Assembly: GCA_964016885.1 (NCBI GenBank)
Contig: OZ024741.1
Span: forward strand, 374,790,001-374,854,000
From: Eledone cirrhosa
Taxonomy: Eukaryota
Reading direction: 5' to 3'
DNA length: 64,000 nt
The notes beneath the pieces are model-generated. The model worked only from the letters and a program-made list of their open reading frames with translations, was not told where the DNA came from and searched no databases. Positions 1-13,856 of the stretch are shown piece by piece. Each line of letters opens with the position of its first letter. Positions within the stretch are counted from its first letter, which is position 1. The translations under genes and the position numbers were made by a program.

Positions 1-1149
1 TTAACATACATAACATTAAGACCTATCGCAGCTCTTCTACCACTCTCTAATATATTAGCATACATAACATTATGACCTCTCGCAGCTCTTCTACCACTCT
101 CTAATATATTAACATACATAACATTAAGACCTATCGCAGCTCTTCTACCACTCTCTAATATATTAGCATACATAACATTATGACCTCTCGCAGCTCTTCT
201 ACCACTCTCTAATATATTAACATACATAACATTAAGACCTATCGCAGCTCTTCTACCACTCTCTAATATATTAGCATACATAACATTATGACCTATCGCA
301 GCTCTTCTACCACTCTCTAATATATTAACATACATAACATTATGACCTCTCGCAGCTCTTCTACCACTCTCTAATATATTAACATACATAACATTATGAC
401 CTCTCGCAGCTCTTCTACCACTCTCTAATATATTAACATACATAACATTATGACCTATCGCAGCTCTTCTACCACTCTCTAATATATTAACATACATAAC
501 ATTATGACCTATCGCAGCTCTTCTACCACTCTCTAATATATTAACATACATAACATTATGACCTATCGCAGCTCTTCTACCACTCTCTAATATATTAACA
601 TACATAACATTATGACCTCTCGCAGCTCTTCTACCACTCTCTAATATATTAACATACATAACATTATGACCTCTCGCAGCGCTTCTACCACTCTCTAATA
701 TATTAACATACATAACATTATGACCTATTGTAGCTCTTCTACCACTCTCTAATATATTAACATACATAACATTATGACCTCTCGCAGCTCTTCTACCACT
801 CTCTAATATATTAACATACATCACATTATGACCTCTCGCAGCTCTTCTACCACTCTCTAATATATTAACATACATAACATTATGACCTCTCGCAGCGCTT
901 CTACCACTCTCTAATATATTAACATACATAACATTATGACCTATTGCAGCTCTTCTACCACTCTCTAATATATTAACATACATAACATTATGACCTCTCG
1001 CAGCACTTCTACCACTCTCTAATATATTACCATACATAACATTAAGACCTATTGCAGCTCTTCTACCACTCTCTAATATATTAACATACATAACATTATG
1101 ACCTATCGCAGCTCTTCTACCACTCTCTAATATATTAACATACATAACA
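1..1149. repeat. 54-bp tandem satellite, about 21 copies (continues off the window start)
   Basis: Unit ttaacatacataacattatgacctatcgcagctcttctaccactctctaatata recurs with period 54 (unit starts at 1, 541, 1081). Confidence 0.97.
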
Positions 1150-1235
1150 CAATAACTTTATCCAAACTGACGTAAAACTGAAACATTATATTCTCGTGAC
1201 AATACTTGAATGACTTTTAATTAACACCAATTGTA

Positions 1236-1445
1236 GGGCAGCGGATTGGCAATACCGATAGAGCGTCGGACCACATGCTTCGTGGCATAGAGGTACAGGC
1301 CTTCTCGTTCTGTGTTCAAAATCCCGCCGAGGTTAACTTTCCCTTTCATCCTTACGGGGATAAAATAAAGCACCAGTAATACACTAGATCGATTTAATCG
1401 ACTTTCCCCTCCCCTTCAAATTGCTGGCTTTGTGCGAAACAATTA
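1236..1445 (+). mobile_element. tRNA-derived SINE
   Basis: B-box-like gttcaaaatcc and family body cgaggttaactttccctttcatccttacgggg...aaag(t/c)accag. Near-perfect 16-bp TSD aattaac(a/g)ccaattgt at 1219-1234 and 1441-1456. Confidence 0.85.
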
Positions 1446-1868
1446 ACGCCAATTGTGGTTGTTCTTTCTTTTCTTCCTTCTTTCCTCTCCCCCGTCATAT
1501 CGTTCTATTACTGTTGTCAACGTAAGTATTGTGTTTCATAAACCTATTGTTATGTTGTGTTAGTTTCCACTGTTCTAATTCGTTTACATGTAATTTTCTA
1601 AGTTGAATTTCTGAGCTCGCTGTGGTTGGCTTAGCTTAAGAAATATTTATATCAGTGACGGATTGAAGGTGGTGGTGGTGCTGAGCGGGATGATGGTAGT
1701 GGTGGGAGAGGGGGAGGGTGACTGGCGGAGGCCCACAATATTCAAAGTGTCCGAAATTATTATTATTATTATTATTATTTTTTTTTTGCTACCATAGGAA
1801 ATTTCAGCAAGAGTCCCCCTGCAAGCTTAATCCATCTCCAGTTCTTATTAAATGATTCATAATTAAAT

Positions 1869-2083
<215 letters not shown>

Positions 2084-2493
2084 GTTATTCTTTCTATCAC
2101 TGATGAAAAAAAAAACGTATATTTAATGTTCTATGTTAAACGCTTATAACGTAAAATAAAAAAGAAGAGACATGAAAATAAACATGAACATAACTAGCAG
2201 CTGCTTCCATAGTCTTGTATTATCATGCTTTCATTTTTATTGACCTTGACCCACAAGACAAAAACAAAAGCAAAACAAAAAAAACAACAAAAAAACAAAA
2301 ACAAAACAATTTCTAATCCTGTTTGCCTACCTTTGCTTTAGTTCACCCCCATGGAGCTAATGAATGGACCTCAACATGGTCGCTGGTTTGGCTAAAAATA
2401 TCAACCAAATCTCTCTCAATTTTACATATTATTGGCTTTTATTTTGTTCACATATAAATTTCAATATTCTGCTCTATATACTTTGACGTAAAG

Positions 2494-2812
2494 CAAGGGT
2501 GTGCAACATATTCCATTGGTGGACCACTTTTGAACATTGGAACAACTATTAGGGCGATTAATATTTATTAAGCACTATTCCAAAGATTCACCACAACTTC
2601 TTTCCATAACATGGAACTGGGAAACTATAACACACATAATCCTATCAGTGAATCCCTTTAGTATAGGTCAACTAACAGAAAATTGTTTTACGGTTACGAA
2701 AAGAATTCTTAATAAGCCTACAAAGTAAAAATTAAAAATGGTCATCGCAGGCTACTCTGACTGGTTTGGTGGGCCGGATTGTAACCCACGGGCCGCCTGT
2801 AGCACGCCTCTG
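2494..2812. mobile_element. hAT-family MITE
   Basis: Imperfect TIRs caagggtgtgcaaca / tgtagcacgcctctg; perfect 8-bp TSD acgtaaag at 2486-2493 and 2813-2820. Confidence 0.85.
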
Positions 2813-2857
2813 ACGTAAAGGATAACATGAAAGTATGAATTAAAGAATTATAGAAAT

Positions 2858-2892
2858 ACTAGCTGAGTAGCCCGTCGTTGCCGGGCAATAAT
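2858..2892 (-). mobile_element. Helitron 3' terminus remnant
   Basis: Minus strand reads gcccggcaacgacgggc (hairpin) then tactcagCTAG-t, the typical Helitron end. Confidence 0.6.
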
Positions 2893-3015
2893 CACAATAG
2901 AATGCCTTTATTTCAAATTTTCTTTTTATTCCATGTCAGACCATGTCTTCCCCAAATGATAATCCCCTTGATGAGGACGGATTTCTTTATTAATTGGGTC
3001 AATTTATAATGTTTG

Positions 3016-3407
3016 TGTTGTATTATTTTGTACCAAAGGGTGGTGGATTGGCAGTATCGGTAGAGGGTCGGACGCCATGCTTTCCAGCATAGTTACGTCC
3101 CTTTACGATCTGAGTTCAAATCCCGCCGAGGTTGACTTTGCCTTTCATCCTTACGGGGTCGATAAAATAAAGTACCAGTAATGCACTGGGTAATTGCTGG
3201 CCTTGTGCCTAAAGTAGAAACAATTATTTTGTACCAAATCAAAGGTTTTTATTCAATCTAAGAATAATATAGAAAGAGTCAATAAGAGAAGAAATTAGTA
3301 TGGGTCAACAATACAACAAACAAGAACAGAACGAATACAACGAATAAGAATAAAAAGGAATCAAATTAAAGAGAAGAAAGTGATGCTATAAAACAAATCA
3401 TATCACA
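3016..3407 (-). repeat. Probable 3' LTR of the Gypsy element, interrupted by a SINE
   Basis: Polypurine tract AGAGGGAAAGAA (3408-3419, minus) directly precedes TGTGATAT; candidate end ...ATACAACA at 3016. No second LTR is present to confirm it. Confidence 0.55.
3038..3226 (+). mobile_element. tRNA-derived SINE, young copy
   Basis: B box gagttcaaatccc; TSD attattttgtaccaaa at 3022-3037 and 3223-3238; nearly identical to the copy at 58060. Confidence 0.92.
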
Positions 3408-3419
3408 TTCTTTCCCTCT

Positions 3420-5790
3420 AGCGTTAATCGTTGTATCACATTGGCCTCACTACTAAGCGTCCTCGGCGTGTTCTTCGTTGTTGGGGTGTGTTATTCGAGG
3501 TTAAGAATGTGTCAGAAGATTCATCGTCATCGAATTCAGCACTCTCTGTAGGAGTGTCATCGGCGGTAGATGTTATATTTCCATTCCCAACGGCCATAGG
3601 TGTAGATATTGCTGTTGGTTGAGTTAAATTGGCGCCTTTTGGGAAGTTATTATTCTGACACTCCGATGTTGTTGAATTTCCATTGTTTTGTGGTGATGCT
3701 GCTGGTGCGAGATTTGTAGTTGAGACTGTGTCTATTCTTCCACTATTAAATTGTACCTTGGCAAAGTGAGGTGAGATCGTCTCGATGAGTTGAACGTTTT
3801 CCTGAGATTATCACCTTTATCCCTTATGTGATGTCGATGTAGCACGATTGTGCCTGGTTTATTTAGAAACTCTGGTATTTCTGTGCCATTGTTTGTCGAT
3901 CTGGTGAATGAAAATACTCTTTCATGTGGTGTGGCGTTTGTAGCAGTGCAAAGCAATCCTCGGATAGACGACAGAGCGATTGGAATCATGTTACTCCATT
4001 TTTATTGAGATTATTTGTCTTCAATGCCAGACGTATCGCTTTGCATATTGTGCCGTTAACTCTTTCGCATTGGCTGTTAGCTTGGGGTCGATATGGCGTG
4101 GTGTGGCTTTTTATAATGTTATTATTCCATAAGAAATCTTTGAGTTTTTGTGATTCAAATTGACGTCCCCTGTCTATATGAATCGAACTGGGTTTTCCAA
4201 ATATAGAGAATATCTCCAATAGATGTTTAATTACTACGTCCGTTGTTATCTCTTTACAGGGAATGGTGAATAGAAAACGTGAGTACTCGTCAACTATAGT
4301 TAACATAAATCGAAAACCGTTTGAGATAGCCATGGGACCCACAAAGTCCATTGATAGTCTTTCCCAGGGTCTTGTCGCATGTATTAATCTTCCTTTGGGT
4401 GGTTTATAGAATTGTGGTTTACATTCACGGCATATTTTGCAATTGGCGATAACTTCTCTTATTTCATTAATAGAATATGCCAAGTTCATTGATTTACAAT
4501 AATGTAGAAGTCTGGTGACCCCCGGATGACATAGACGTGAGTGAATATTGTATAATTCGTGTTCTGTCTTAGTAGAGCAGCAGCGCGATAGGGCGTCTGC
4601 GGCTTGGTTTAATGAACCAGGTCTATATGAGAAGGTAAGGTTAAGATTGCTTAACTCCAGTCGCCAGCGGGCTACCTTCTCGTTTTTAATCTTAGAAGTG
4701 TGTTTTTTGTTGAACGCAAATGCAACCGATCGTTGGTCTGTTATGATATTACAATGTGGAACAGCGTTGATCATATGTCTCCATTTTCTATAACATTCTA
4801 TAATTGCGCAAGCTTCCTTTTCGATGATGGACCGTCCTCTTTCTGACTTATTTAGGGTTCTACTAAGAAAAGCAATTGGACGACCATTTTGTGATAGAGT
4901 TCCGCCAATGGCAATATTTGATGCGTCGGTTTCGATTGTAAATGGTGCGGTGAAATCGGGTGAACACAGTGATGCCTTTATGAGTTCTTCCTCCATCTTA
5001 TTAATAGTAGATTGTTCTTCGTTTGATAGACCTTGTTTATCAATGGTGTTTTTTGCCTTTATAAGAACGACTGAGAGGTTAGAATAGCCCTTAATCCATT
5101 TAGCGTAGTATGCAAAAAGACCGATTACCCGGTTCAACTCTTTTAACGTCTTTGGGAACAGCATGTCGATAAGGGCTTTATACCTTTCAGGGTCCGGTCT
5201 TAATTTACCTTTTTCTATGACATGTCCAAGGAAAGGTATTCTACTTTGATTAAAGCTGCATTTGTCTCGATTCAATTGCATACCTGCATTGTTAGCTGCA
5301 TTCATGAATTGCTTGAGGTTATGGTTATGTTCTTCGACTGTGTCTCCTCCTATAATAATGTCGTCAAGCTATGAGTAGGTATTTTGTAAGTTGTAATTGT
5401 CTATGAAAGTGTCCATTATTCGTTGGAAAATTGGAACGGCATTTGTGCATCCAAACGGAAGACGGGTAAATTCGTATAGTCGGCCACAGGCCTCGAATGC
5501 AGTCAACTTAAAGTCGGGAGATTTGATGGGTATTTGGTGATAAGCCGCCTTTAGATCTATTTTCGAGAAATACGTGTTTTGAAATTTTGTTGAGTAGGTC
5601 TTCGATTATGGCATTAGGGTATGAATCTAATGGTGTGTAATGATTTATAGTGCCTGAGTAGTCTATGACAAGACGTTTTTTGTTTTCTTGATCTATTACG
5701 TAGCACTGCGCTCTCCATGGGCTTCTGCTCTGTTGAATTATTCCAGCTTTAAGCATTCTTTCTATCGATTTCCGTTTTAATGAATTGCTG
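3420..5790 (-). pseudogene. pol: Ty3/Gypsy pol (RT, RNase H, integrase), disrupted
   Basis: RT motifs SPWRAQ, RLVIDY, LPFG; RNase H ETDASNIAIGG...EKEACA; integrase H-HPG-CKIC, SMDFVGP, HIDRGRQF, ERVNGT; several stops and frameshifts. Confidence 0.93.
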
Positions 5791-5855
5791 GTCTTTATTG
5801 TATTTTCGAGGAGGTATAGATAATAGTTTTAATTTTGTAGTATCGATACCAGGCA

Positions 5856-6590
5856 TTAAATCATATTCTTCACATTCAGAGTTTGCATTGACATACATAT
5901 CGTGACTGGTCTCATGTCCCCCACATATTTTATTGTTAAAGACTTATGCCTTTTAAGTATATCAAGACCCATAACTACTTGAGCAATGAGTTTGTCAACC
6001 ACCATTAGATCGATGTGGTATTCTCGGCCCTTCCATTCTAATGTTGTTTCAAACGTACCTTGTATTATGAGTTTACTGTTGTCGGCTAAAATTACACTCT
6101 TATTAGTTTTCTTGAATTTACTTTGCCATTTCGACAAGAGGTTCATGTCAATGAAAGACTTGTCTGAGCCTGTGTCAAGTAAACCTTCTGTTTTATGTGA
6201 ATTGACATAAATTGTTAAAAGGTTTGTATTATGATTCACGGAAGCAAGTTTATAGCAGGCAGCAAGATTACTGCCATCATAGGCTTCATCGGGGCCCTCG
6301 TTATTATTCAAGACTGCTGCGTGTTTTATCTTCTTTAGTACCTTCTTATTTTTAACAAAACATACTGTTGCCCAGTGGCCTTTCTTGTGGCAGAAATTGC
6401 AAGTTGAAGTTTTTGCAGGGCACTCTGATTTTTGGTGATATGAACCACCACACCAGAAACATTTTGATGAAGAAGCAGCGAATACGGGTTGTGACGGCGG
6501 TTGTATTGTTGTTGTTGACAGATTTTGTGCGTCTTCTATTGCCAGTTCTAATGTGAGAGCGGTTTGGAATATTTTATCTAGATTTTCGTC
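5856..6590 (-). pseudogene. gag: Ty3/Gypsy gag C-terminus and aspartic protease, 5'-truncated
   Basis: Two zinc knuckles (CFWCGGSYHQKSEC, CNFCHKKGHWATVC) and protease motif LLDTGSDKSFI; cut off at about 6590 by the RTE insertion. Confidence 0.9.
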
Positions 6591-7209
6591 AGGTGATTCA
6601 TGGGAAAATATTGCTGCTGATCGTAATAAATGAAGAAAGACTGTATATGAGGGAAAAGTTGCCTTTGAGGCATCTCGAATCGCATACGAGAAAGTAAAGT
6701 GGGATGTGAGGAAGGGCATTGCTGTTGCACTTCCAGACGGCGAGGGACCTCCTATGCTGCTGACATGGAGCGTCTGTGCGAGACTCTGCCTAAGCAAAGT
6801 TGGACTCGAAAGTCATCTTCGCAGTCATAAAGTAAGACCAGTGGTTGACTACCAGGCTGCTGTTGGAGATGCTACTCATCATGCTTGCCAAGCATGTGGT
6901 AGAGAATGTAAATCAGCAGGAGGGCTCAAGCGACATGCAAAAGTACATGAACTCCAACCACAGCCGGCTATTCCCAGTGAATGTTTTGGTTGCCGACTCT
7001 GTGCAAGACATTTTAGATCATTGGCTGGGCTAAAGAGCCACATTCGATCGCAGCGCTGTTAGTTGTTATCGTGTGTGTGTGTGTATAGATATGTTTATGT
7101 GTGTGCGTGTGTGTGTATATATATATATATATATGTATATGTATATTATTATTGTTGTTGTTGTCGTTATTATTATTGTTGTTATTATTATTATTATTAT
7201 TGTTATAAA

Positions 7210-7258
<49 letters not shown>

Positions 7259-7384
7259 GTATGTGTGTATATATATATATATATATATTTATTTATTTTT
7301 ATTTTATTTTATTTTTTATTTATTTATTATTTATTTTTTTCTTGTGCAATGGCCATACTCGATAACGAGGGGGCAGCCATCATC
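6590..7384 (+). mobile_element. RTE-clade LINE 3' fragment with three C-terminal C2H2-type zinc fingers
   Basis: RTE C-terminal WENIAADR..R motif, then CARLCLSKVGLESHLRSH, CQACGRECKSAGGLKRHAKVH and CRLCARHFRSLAGLKSH; 3' stem-loop ctcg-ataa-cgag and (ATGT)n tail. Confidence 0.8.
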
Positions 7385-7480
7385 ATGTATGTATGTATGT
7401 ATGTATGTATGTATGTATGTATGTATGTATGTATGTATGTATGTATGTATGTATGTATGTATGTATGTATGTATGTATGT
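7385..7480. repeat. (ATGT)n tract (RTE tail), continued at 9351-9434
   Basis: Direct inspection. Confidence 0.95.
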
Positions 7481-9350
7481 TCTTCTGGTTTTATAATTTC
7501 ACAAAGTTTTACCAATAGAGAGGAGTCAGTTTCTAACATAGACACAAGACTCTCATTGGAATTTACACATCAACCAGATAGATTATGTATGCATGCATGT
7601 GTAGATATGGATGTTATTGTATGTGTGGATGTGTATGTTTTGAGTTATATGTGTGCATGTGTATATGCTTTGCATCTGTACATGTGTATATGCAGTTATT
7701 AGATGCAAAATTTTTGGAATGTTTTACATATTTTTACTGTTCCATTAATGGATTGTACTTGTAATTTCCTAACTAGTTGTGTTCTTTCTGTTCCTGTGAA
7801 GCCTAGCTTCTCAAGATTTGTATCGAGGCAGTTACTACCCCAGTGCCCCAATAATCACAGGCATAAATCTGAAGGTGTAATCAGGGTGGAGTATCTGCAG
7901 ATTTCTCATCAGTTCTGCATAAATATTCTCCTTTTCACTAATGTTTGATATTATATTGGCATCTACTGGGCAGCTAATTTCCACTACTGTGCATGCTTTC
8001 TTCTCCCTGTCCCATATCATAATATCTGGTCTGTTATGCTTGCATTTTATTGGGATTTTTACTGGAACATTCCACCAGTACGCTTTCATATTATGTACAT
8101 GGATGTCTTCCACATTGCTGTAGCTTTTAATGTGTTTATTATCGGGACTTTCTTTTTTACGAACTGCATTGTACAGTGTTTTGGCCACTACATCATGCCT
8201 CATAGGTAAATAGTACCGCGATGACATCTTTGGACAGCTGCTGATGATATCCTCGATGTTAGTTCTACAGAGTATGTACTTGTTATCACATCTAGGTGTT
8301 TTGCCTGCATCCTTATCTCTTTTGTGAATCAGGTATTTCGTGTTAATCTCCTGTTCTTGGATTGCAAAAGCATATCCTTCAAAGTGGGAGCCAATATAGT
8401 GGTTGTTGGTTCAAGATAGACTACTTTCCTTATCTATATTACTCTCACTCTGGAGCTTCCTGGCAACATATCCATGCATGATTTTTTGCTGATAAGTATG
8501 CAGTTTTTCATCCATGGATTCACTGTGATACTGCTGAGCGACTTCCCTGGGTGTGAGTTTTTGATTATCACACAGGGAATATCTCTCGAGGAGTTCCTTC
8601 CCAACTCTCATGATCTTATCTGTTTCATGCAGATAGACTTGCTCGAGAAACGGGCTCCTACGCTTCGAGGTTCGTAGATGTTGTCGGAGAGATATGATGC
8701 GACATTCAAATGTTGTCTGGACTGATGTTAGGCCTCTGCTTCCCTGCTTACGTTTCAAGTAAAGGCGGTCTATGTCACTGTTGATGTGGAAGTTTCCGGT
8801 GTTGTTTAGTATTTTTCGAGTTCCAACATCAACTGCTCGGATTTCGTCTATCGTCCAGTTGAGTATTCCAAAAGTTGGTGTTAGGACAGGCACAACAAAC
8901 ACATTGTGAGCCACTATTTTGTTTTGCGCAGAGAGTTCCGATGACCAGATCTTTCTTAAACGGGTGTAGTATTCCCTGGTTACGCGTTCTTTATTACAGA
9001 TACCATTATAGGATATATTCTCATCTATCCCCAAGTATCTGTAGCAGTCCTTATCAGATATCGGTGAAACAGTTAGGCCATTGATGACAATGTTGCTAGA
9101 TTGGGTTGTTGTTTTTCCCCGCTTTACAGTCATGTATGAGCATTTTTCTTGGCCAAACTCCATTCCTATACCCTCTGAGAACGTTGTAACCAGGTCAAAA
9201 TTTTTCTTCATCCCATCCATGTTCTTGGCATAGAGTTTCAGATCGTCTACAAAGAAATTATGGGTTAGGTTCGTATTTCTGTCCTCCTGTGAGCCAATGA
9301 TGTATCCCTCACATTTCTTGAGCAGAAAGGACAAGGGGTTTAATGACAAA
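7481..9350 (-). mobile_element. R4/Dong-like non-LTR retrotransposon, 5'-truncated (RT C-terminus plus restriction-like endonuclease)
   Basis: [53 protein letters not shown]; flanked by (ATGT)n on both sides. Confidence 0.88.
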
Positions 9351-9434
9351 ATGTATGTATGTATGTATGTATGTATGTATGTATGTATGTATGTATGTAT
9401 GTATGTATGTATGTATGTATGTATGTATGTATGT

Positions 9435-10925
9435 CTCATGGTCGGGTCGTTGGCGACTAAACTGGCAACCCCACCAAGGTTTCTTGGTGAGGAGGGTGAC
9501 TTTGGACATCCTGCAGGACTAAAAACAAAACCTGGCAAAGGGCAAAGGAACTCTTAAGAGTCAATGGCCATCCAAAATCACCGGGAGAGATGACCCCTTA
9601 GCCTTTGTCAGGGCAGAATTCTAGGAGAAGGAAAACTCTGATATAACACCTGCAACCCTGATGGTATCCAATGATGTTGACTTGTTCTTCTTTTTGGTAA
9701 ATATCATCTTGGTTAAGAGAGTTGGTGCTACTGGTAACATGTATCCCAGTACAACCTGTCCCATGGTCGGGTCGTTGGCGACTAAACTGGCAACCCCACC
9801 AAGGTTTCTTGGTGAGGAGGGTGACTTTGGACATCCTGCAGGACTAAAAACAAAACCTGTCAAAGGAGCTCTTAAGAGCCAATTGCCATCCAAAATCACC
9901 GGGAGAGATGACCCCTTAGCCTTTGTCAGGGCAGAATTCTAGGAGAAGGAAAACTCTGATATAACACCTGCAACCCTGATGGTATCCAATGATGTTGACT
10001 TGTTCTTCTTTTTGGTAAATATCATCTTGGTTAAGAGAGTGGGACTGGTTTTGTGCAGTGCCTTTGCTCACTATAAAAGCTTCACGGCACAGGCATTGCT
10101 TTATATCTGGAGATCTCTCTGCACTTGTTGTCACATGGTACCATGGGCCCAGCACTGTGTCAATAATTGTCACAAGTGTAGTGTTTGTACCAGAGTGCAT
10201 CGGTAGGGGTTCTCTCCTACATGGATGTAAAGTGGTGGCCGTACTCGAAAACGAGTTGGCAGCCACCACCATGTATGTATGTGCATATGTACGTGTATAT
10301 GTGTGTATGTGCATGTATATGTATGTATGTGCGTATGTATGTATGTATGTATGTATGTATGCATGTACGTATGTATGTATGTATGTGCGTATGTATGTAT
10401 GTATATGTGTGAGTATCTACGTATATGTGTATGTGTATGTATGTATATATATATGTATGTGTATATATCAAAGGGCAAAGGAGCTCTTAAGAGTCAATGG
10501 CCATCCAAAATCACCGGGAGACATGACCCCCTTAGCCTTTGTCAAGGCAGAATTCTAGGAGAAGGAAAACTCTGATATAACACCTGCAACCCTGATGATA
10601 TCCAATGATGTTGACTTGTTCTTCTTTTTGGTAAATATCATCTTGGTTAAGAGAGTGGGACTGGCCTTGTGCAGTGCCTTTGCTCACTATAAAAGCTTCA
10701 CGGCACAGGCATTGCTTTATATCTGGAGATCTCTCTGCACTTGTCGTCACATGGTACCATGGGCACAGCACCATGTGTCAATAATTGTCACAAGTGTAGT
10801 GTTTGTACCAGAGTTTTCAAGCTGGCTGGACTAAAAAGTCACACCCGTTCAGCGCATCGGTAGGGGTTCTCCTACATGGATATAAAGTAATGGCCGTACT
10901 CGAAAACGAGTTGGCAGCCACCATG
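9435..10925 (+). mobile_element. Tandem array of bipartite non-autonomous RTE derivatives (units about 9435-9762, 9763-10272, 10468-10925)
   Basis: RTE 5'UTR-type motif taggagaaggaaaactctga in each unit; 3' part homologous to the end of the 6590-7384 RTE (gctggactaaaaagtcac, ggccgtactcgaaaacgag, gcagccacc) with (ATGT)n tails. Confidence 0.75.
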
Positions 10926-10959
10926 TATGCATGTATGTATGTATGTATGTATTTTTATT

Positions 10960-11285
10960 TTACCTGGGAGTGAAAGGCTTCCAGTTTTTTTCAAAACACC
11001 TTTCTAAGAGAGGGAAACTCTGAAAAAAAAAACCTGCGGCTTCGGAAGCATCCAATGATGTTGACCAGTTCTCCTTTTCGGGTAGAGTTTTCGATGCTCA
11101 GAGAGTGGGTTGGACGAGTGCAAGGCCTTACCCCTCTTAAAAAACCTTCAAAGCACAGGCATTGCTTGTTTAGGATCTGTTATAGGTTCGTGTGGCTGGC
11201 TGTAGCCTAAAAGTGCGCCATTTTCTGTAATCTGACAAGCGACTGCAATACTCTTAGCAGAGTTTGCAGCCATCATGTATGTATG
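10960..11285 (+). mobile_element. Diverged non-autonomous RTE derivative
   Basis: gagggaaactctga, tccaatgatgttgac, gcacaggcattgctt and a gcagccatc(atgt)n end match the upstream units. Confidence 0.6.
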
Positions 11286-11314
11286 TAGAGAGAGCGAGCG
11301 AGCGAGCGAGCGAG

Positions 11315-11385
<71 letters not shown>

Positions 11386-11913
11386 AAAGAAGGAGCTCGG
11401 TTCGGAGAAAGGGGATCTGTTTGATGAGGGGAGCCTAGGGCATTCGTCCCTACCCCTCCCGATAAATCAGACCCTGTCACTACTTCATTATGAACGGGAG
11501 TTGACTTTCTCAATACTAAGCAGCATGAGACGAAAGAGAACCACACAGGCCCCTCAGTTAATATTCAACTTCAGCTAGGAAGAGAGCGAGCTATAGTTGA
11601 TGTCGTTATTAGAAGTGTTGCATACAAAATTGGAACAATTAATACATATCTGGAAAGACAAGATGAGTGTCGTTTTTCTTCATTCAATTGAGGGTGGATC
11701 TCAAATAATTTTTGGTAGCGTGTAGGGAGAGTGAACGAGGTCAACTTTGCGTTTCATTCATTCAGGTCGATAAAAAAAGTACCAGTCTAATACTGGGGTA
11801 GATTCTTCCTCTATATCTATTTCTCACCTTCTTTCTCTTACTCTCTCTTTCTTTCTCTGGATGAAATCTTCTGTATTTAGACCAGGAGAGGAGATGGGCA
11901 CCGCCAGGTTTAA

Positions 11914-12133
11914 CCCTTTAGCATTTACACTACTCTCTATATATTATTGTATTTTGTGGTAAAGGTTTTAACTTACATAATTATCTCACATAATATTGAA
12001 TCTACGAGATTTTGGTATTATCTATTTTGACAACAATACTTTAACATAAGTATGAGCAGCCAGTTACGGCCGGTTTTAACAGAAAGAAGTGAGAGAATTC
12101 TGGCAGGATATGGCCGGTTTAAATGCTAAAGGG
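11914..12133. mobile_element. piggyBac-like MITE
   Basis: TIRs ccctttagcattta / taaatgctaaaggg flanked by TTAA on both sides. Confidence 0.85.
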
Positions 12134-12824
12134 TTAAAACATGCTCTCGAAATACCGCATTGAGATACGACGTGTCTACGACTCACCCGGGAGTTACGGG
12201 ACCATACATAGGGTGAGTGAAATACATCCAATTCTATCAAAAGTTTGTCATCGTCTTCTTTAAAGCCACAGAACTCATAGAGAGAACTTAAATATTGAAT
12301 GTTACTACCTATGGCCAAGCCATTACCTGCCTTCTAGTCTAGTGACGTAATTAGCCCATGGAGCGACTTTGTATTCTCTCTTTTTTATATTGGAAGAGGC
12401 TGCGTAGCCGGCAAGAGTGTCAGACACCTTGAGTTGTGGCTCGAGTTAAGATAATTTGAAATCTCCATCCTCCGGGGAAACGCCTTCTCCATTCTGTCCG
12501 CCGGGGCCGTGGGGCGGCAGGCACGTGGGACCTCATTTGTCCATAATACAGAGAGATGGGAAGAACAAGAGAGATGAAGGCGATGACAGTGTGAGTTCGG
12601 CTCTTCCGCGTCCGGACCTGGTGTGCAGCGTCAATTGTCCATAGGGAGGTAGTGATTCATACACACACATATATATATATATATTATAGTGTTCCCTTTC
12701 GTTTCACAAGAATGATAATTGGTTAAAGAAGTCATACACACACACATACATACACACACACACATGCACACGCACACACGCACACAGGCAGACACAGGCA
12801 GACACAGGCAGACACAGACAGACA

Positions 12825-12882
<58 letters not shown>

Positions 12883-13073
12883 TTAAAGGGAGGGAACTGC
12901 GGAAGAGAAAGTTAAATGAAATCGAACGAGTAGACAGAATATTTAGAATGCACGATAAAAATAACAAAACAAAATCAAAAAAAACTTTGTATTAATTACA
13001 GTATTAAGTTCAAACCCGAGGTAAACTGTTTGGCATCCTTCTGAGGTTGATAAAATAAGGCGTCGGTTAAGTA

Positions 13074-13856
<783 letters not shown>

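Noticed and set aside
5856-6797. 313-aa ORF as a single novel protein
   Set aside because: Chimeric: the first ~70 codons are the antisense strand of the RTE insertion, and the rest is Gypsy gag-protease.
6706-7062. Host C2H2 zinc-finger gene exon
   Set aside because: Continuous with RTE C-terminal sequence and followed by the RTE 3' stem-loop and tail; no TGEKP linkers.
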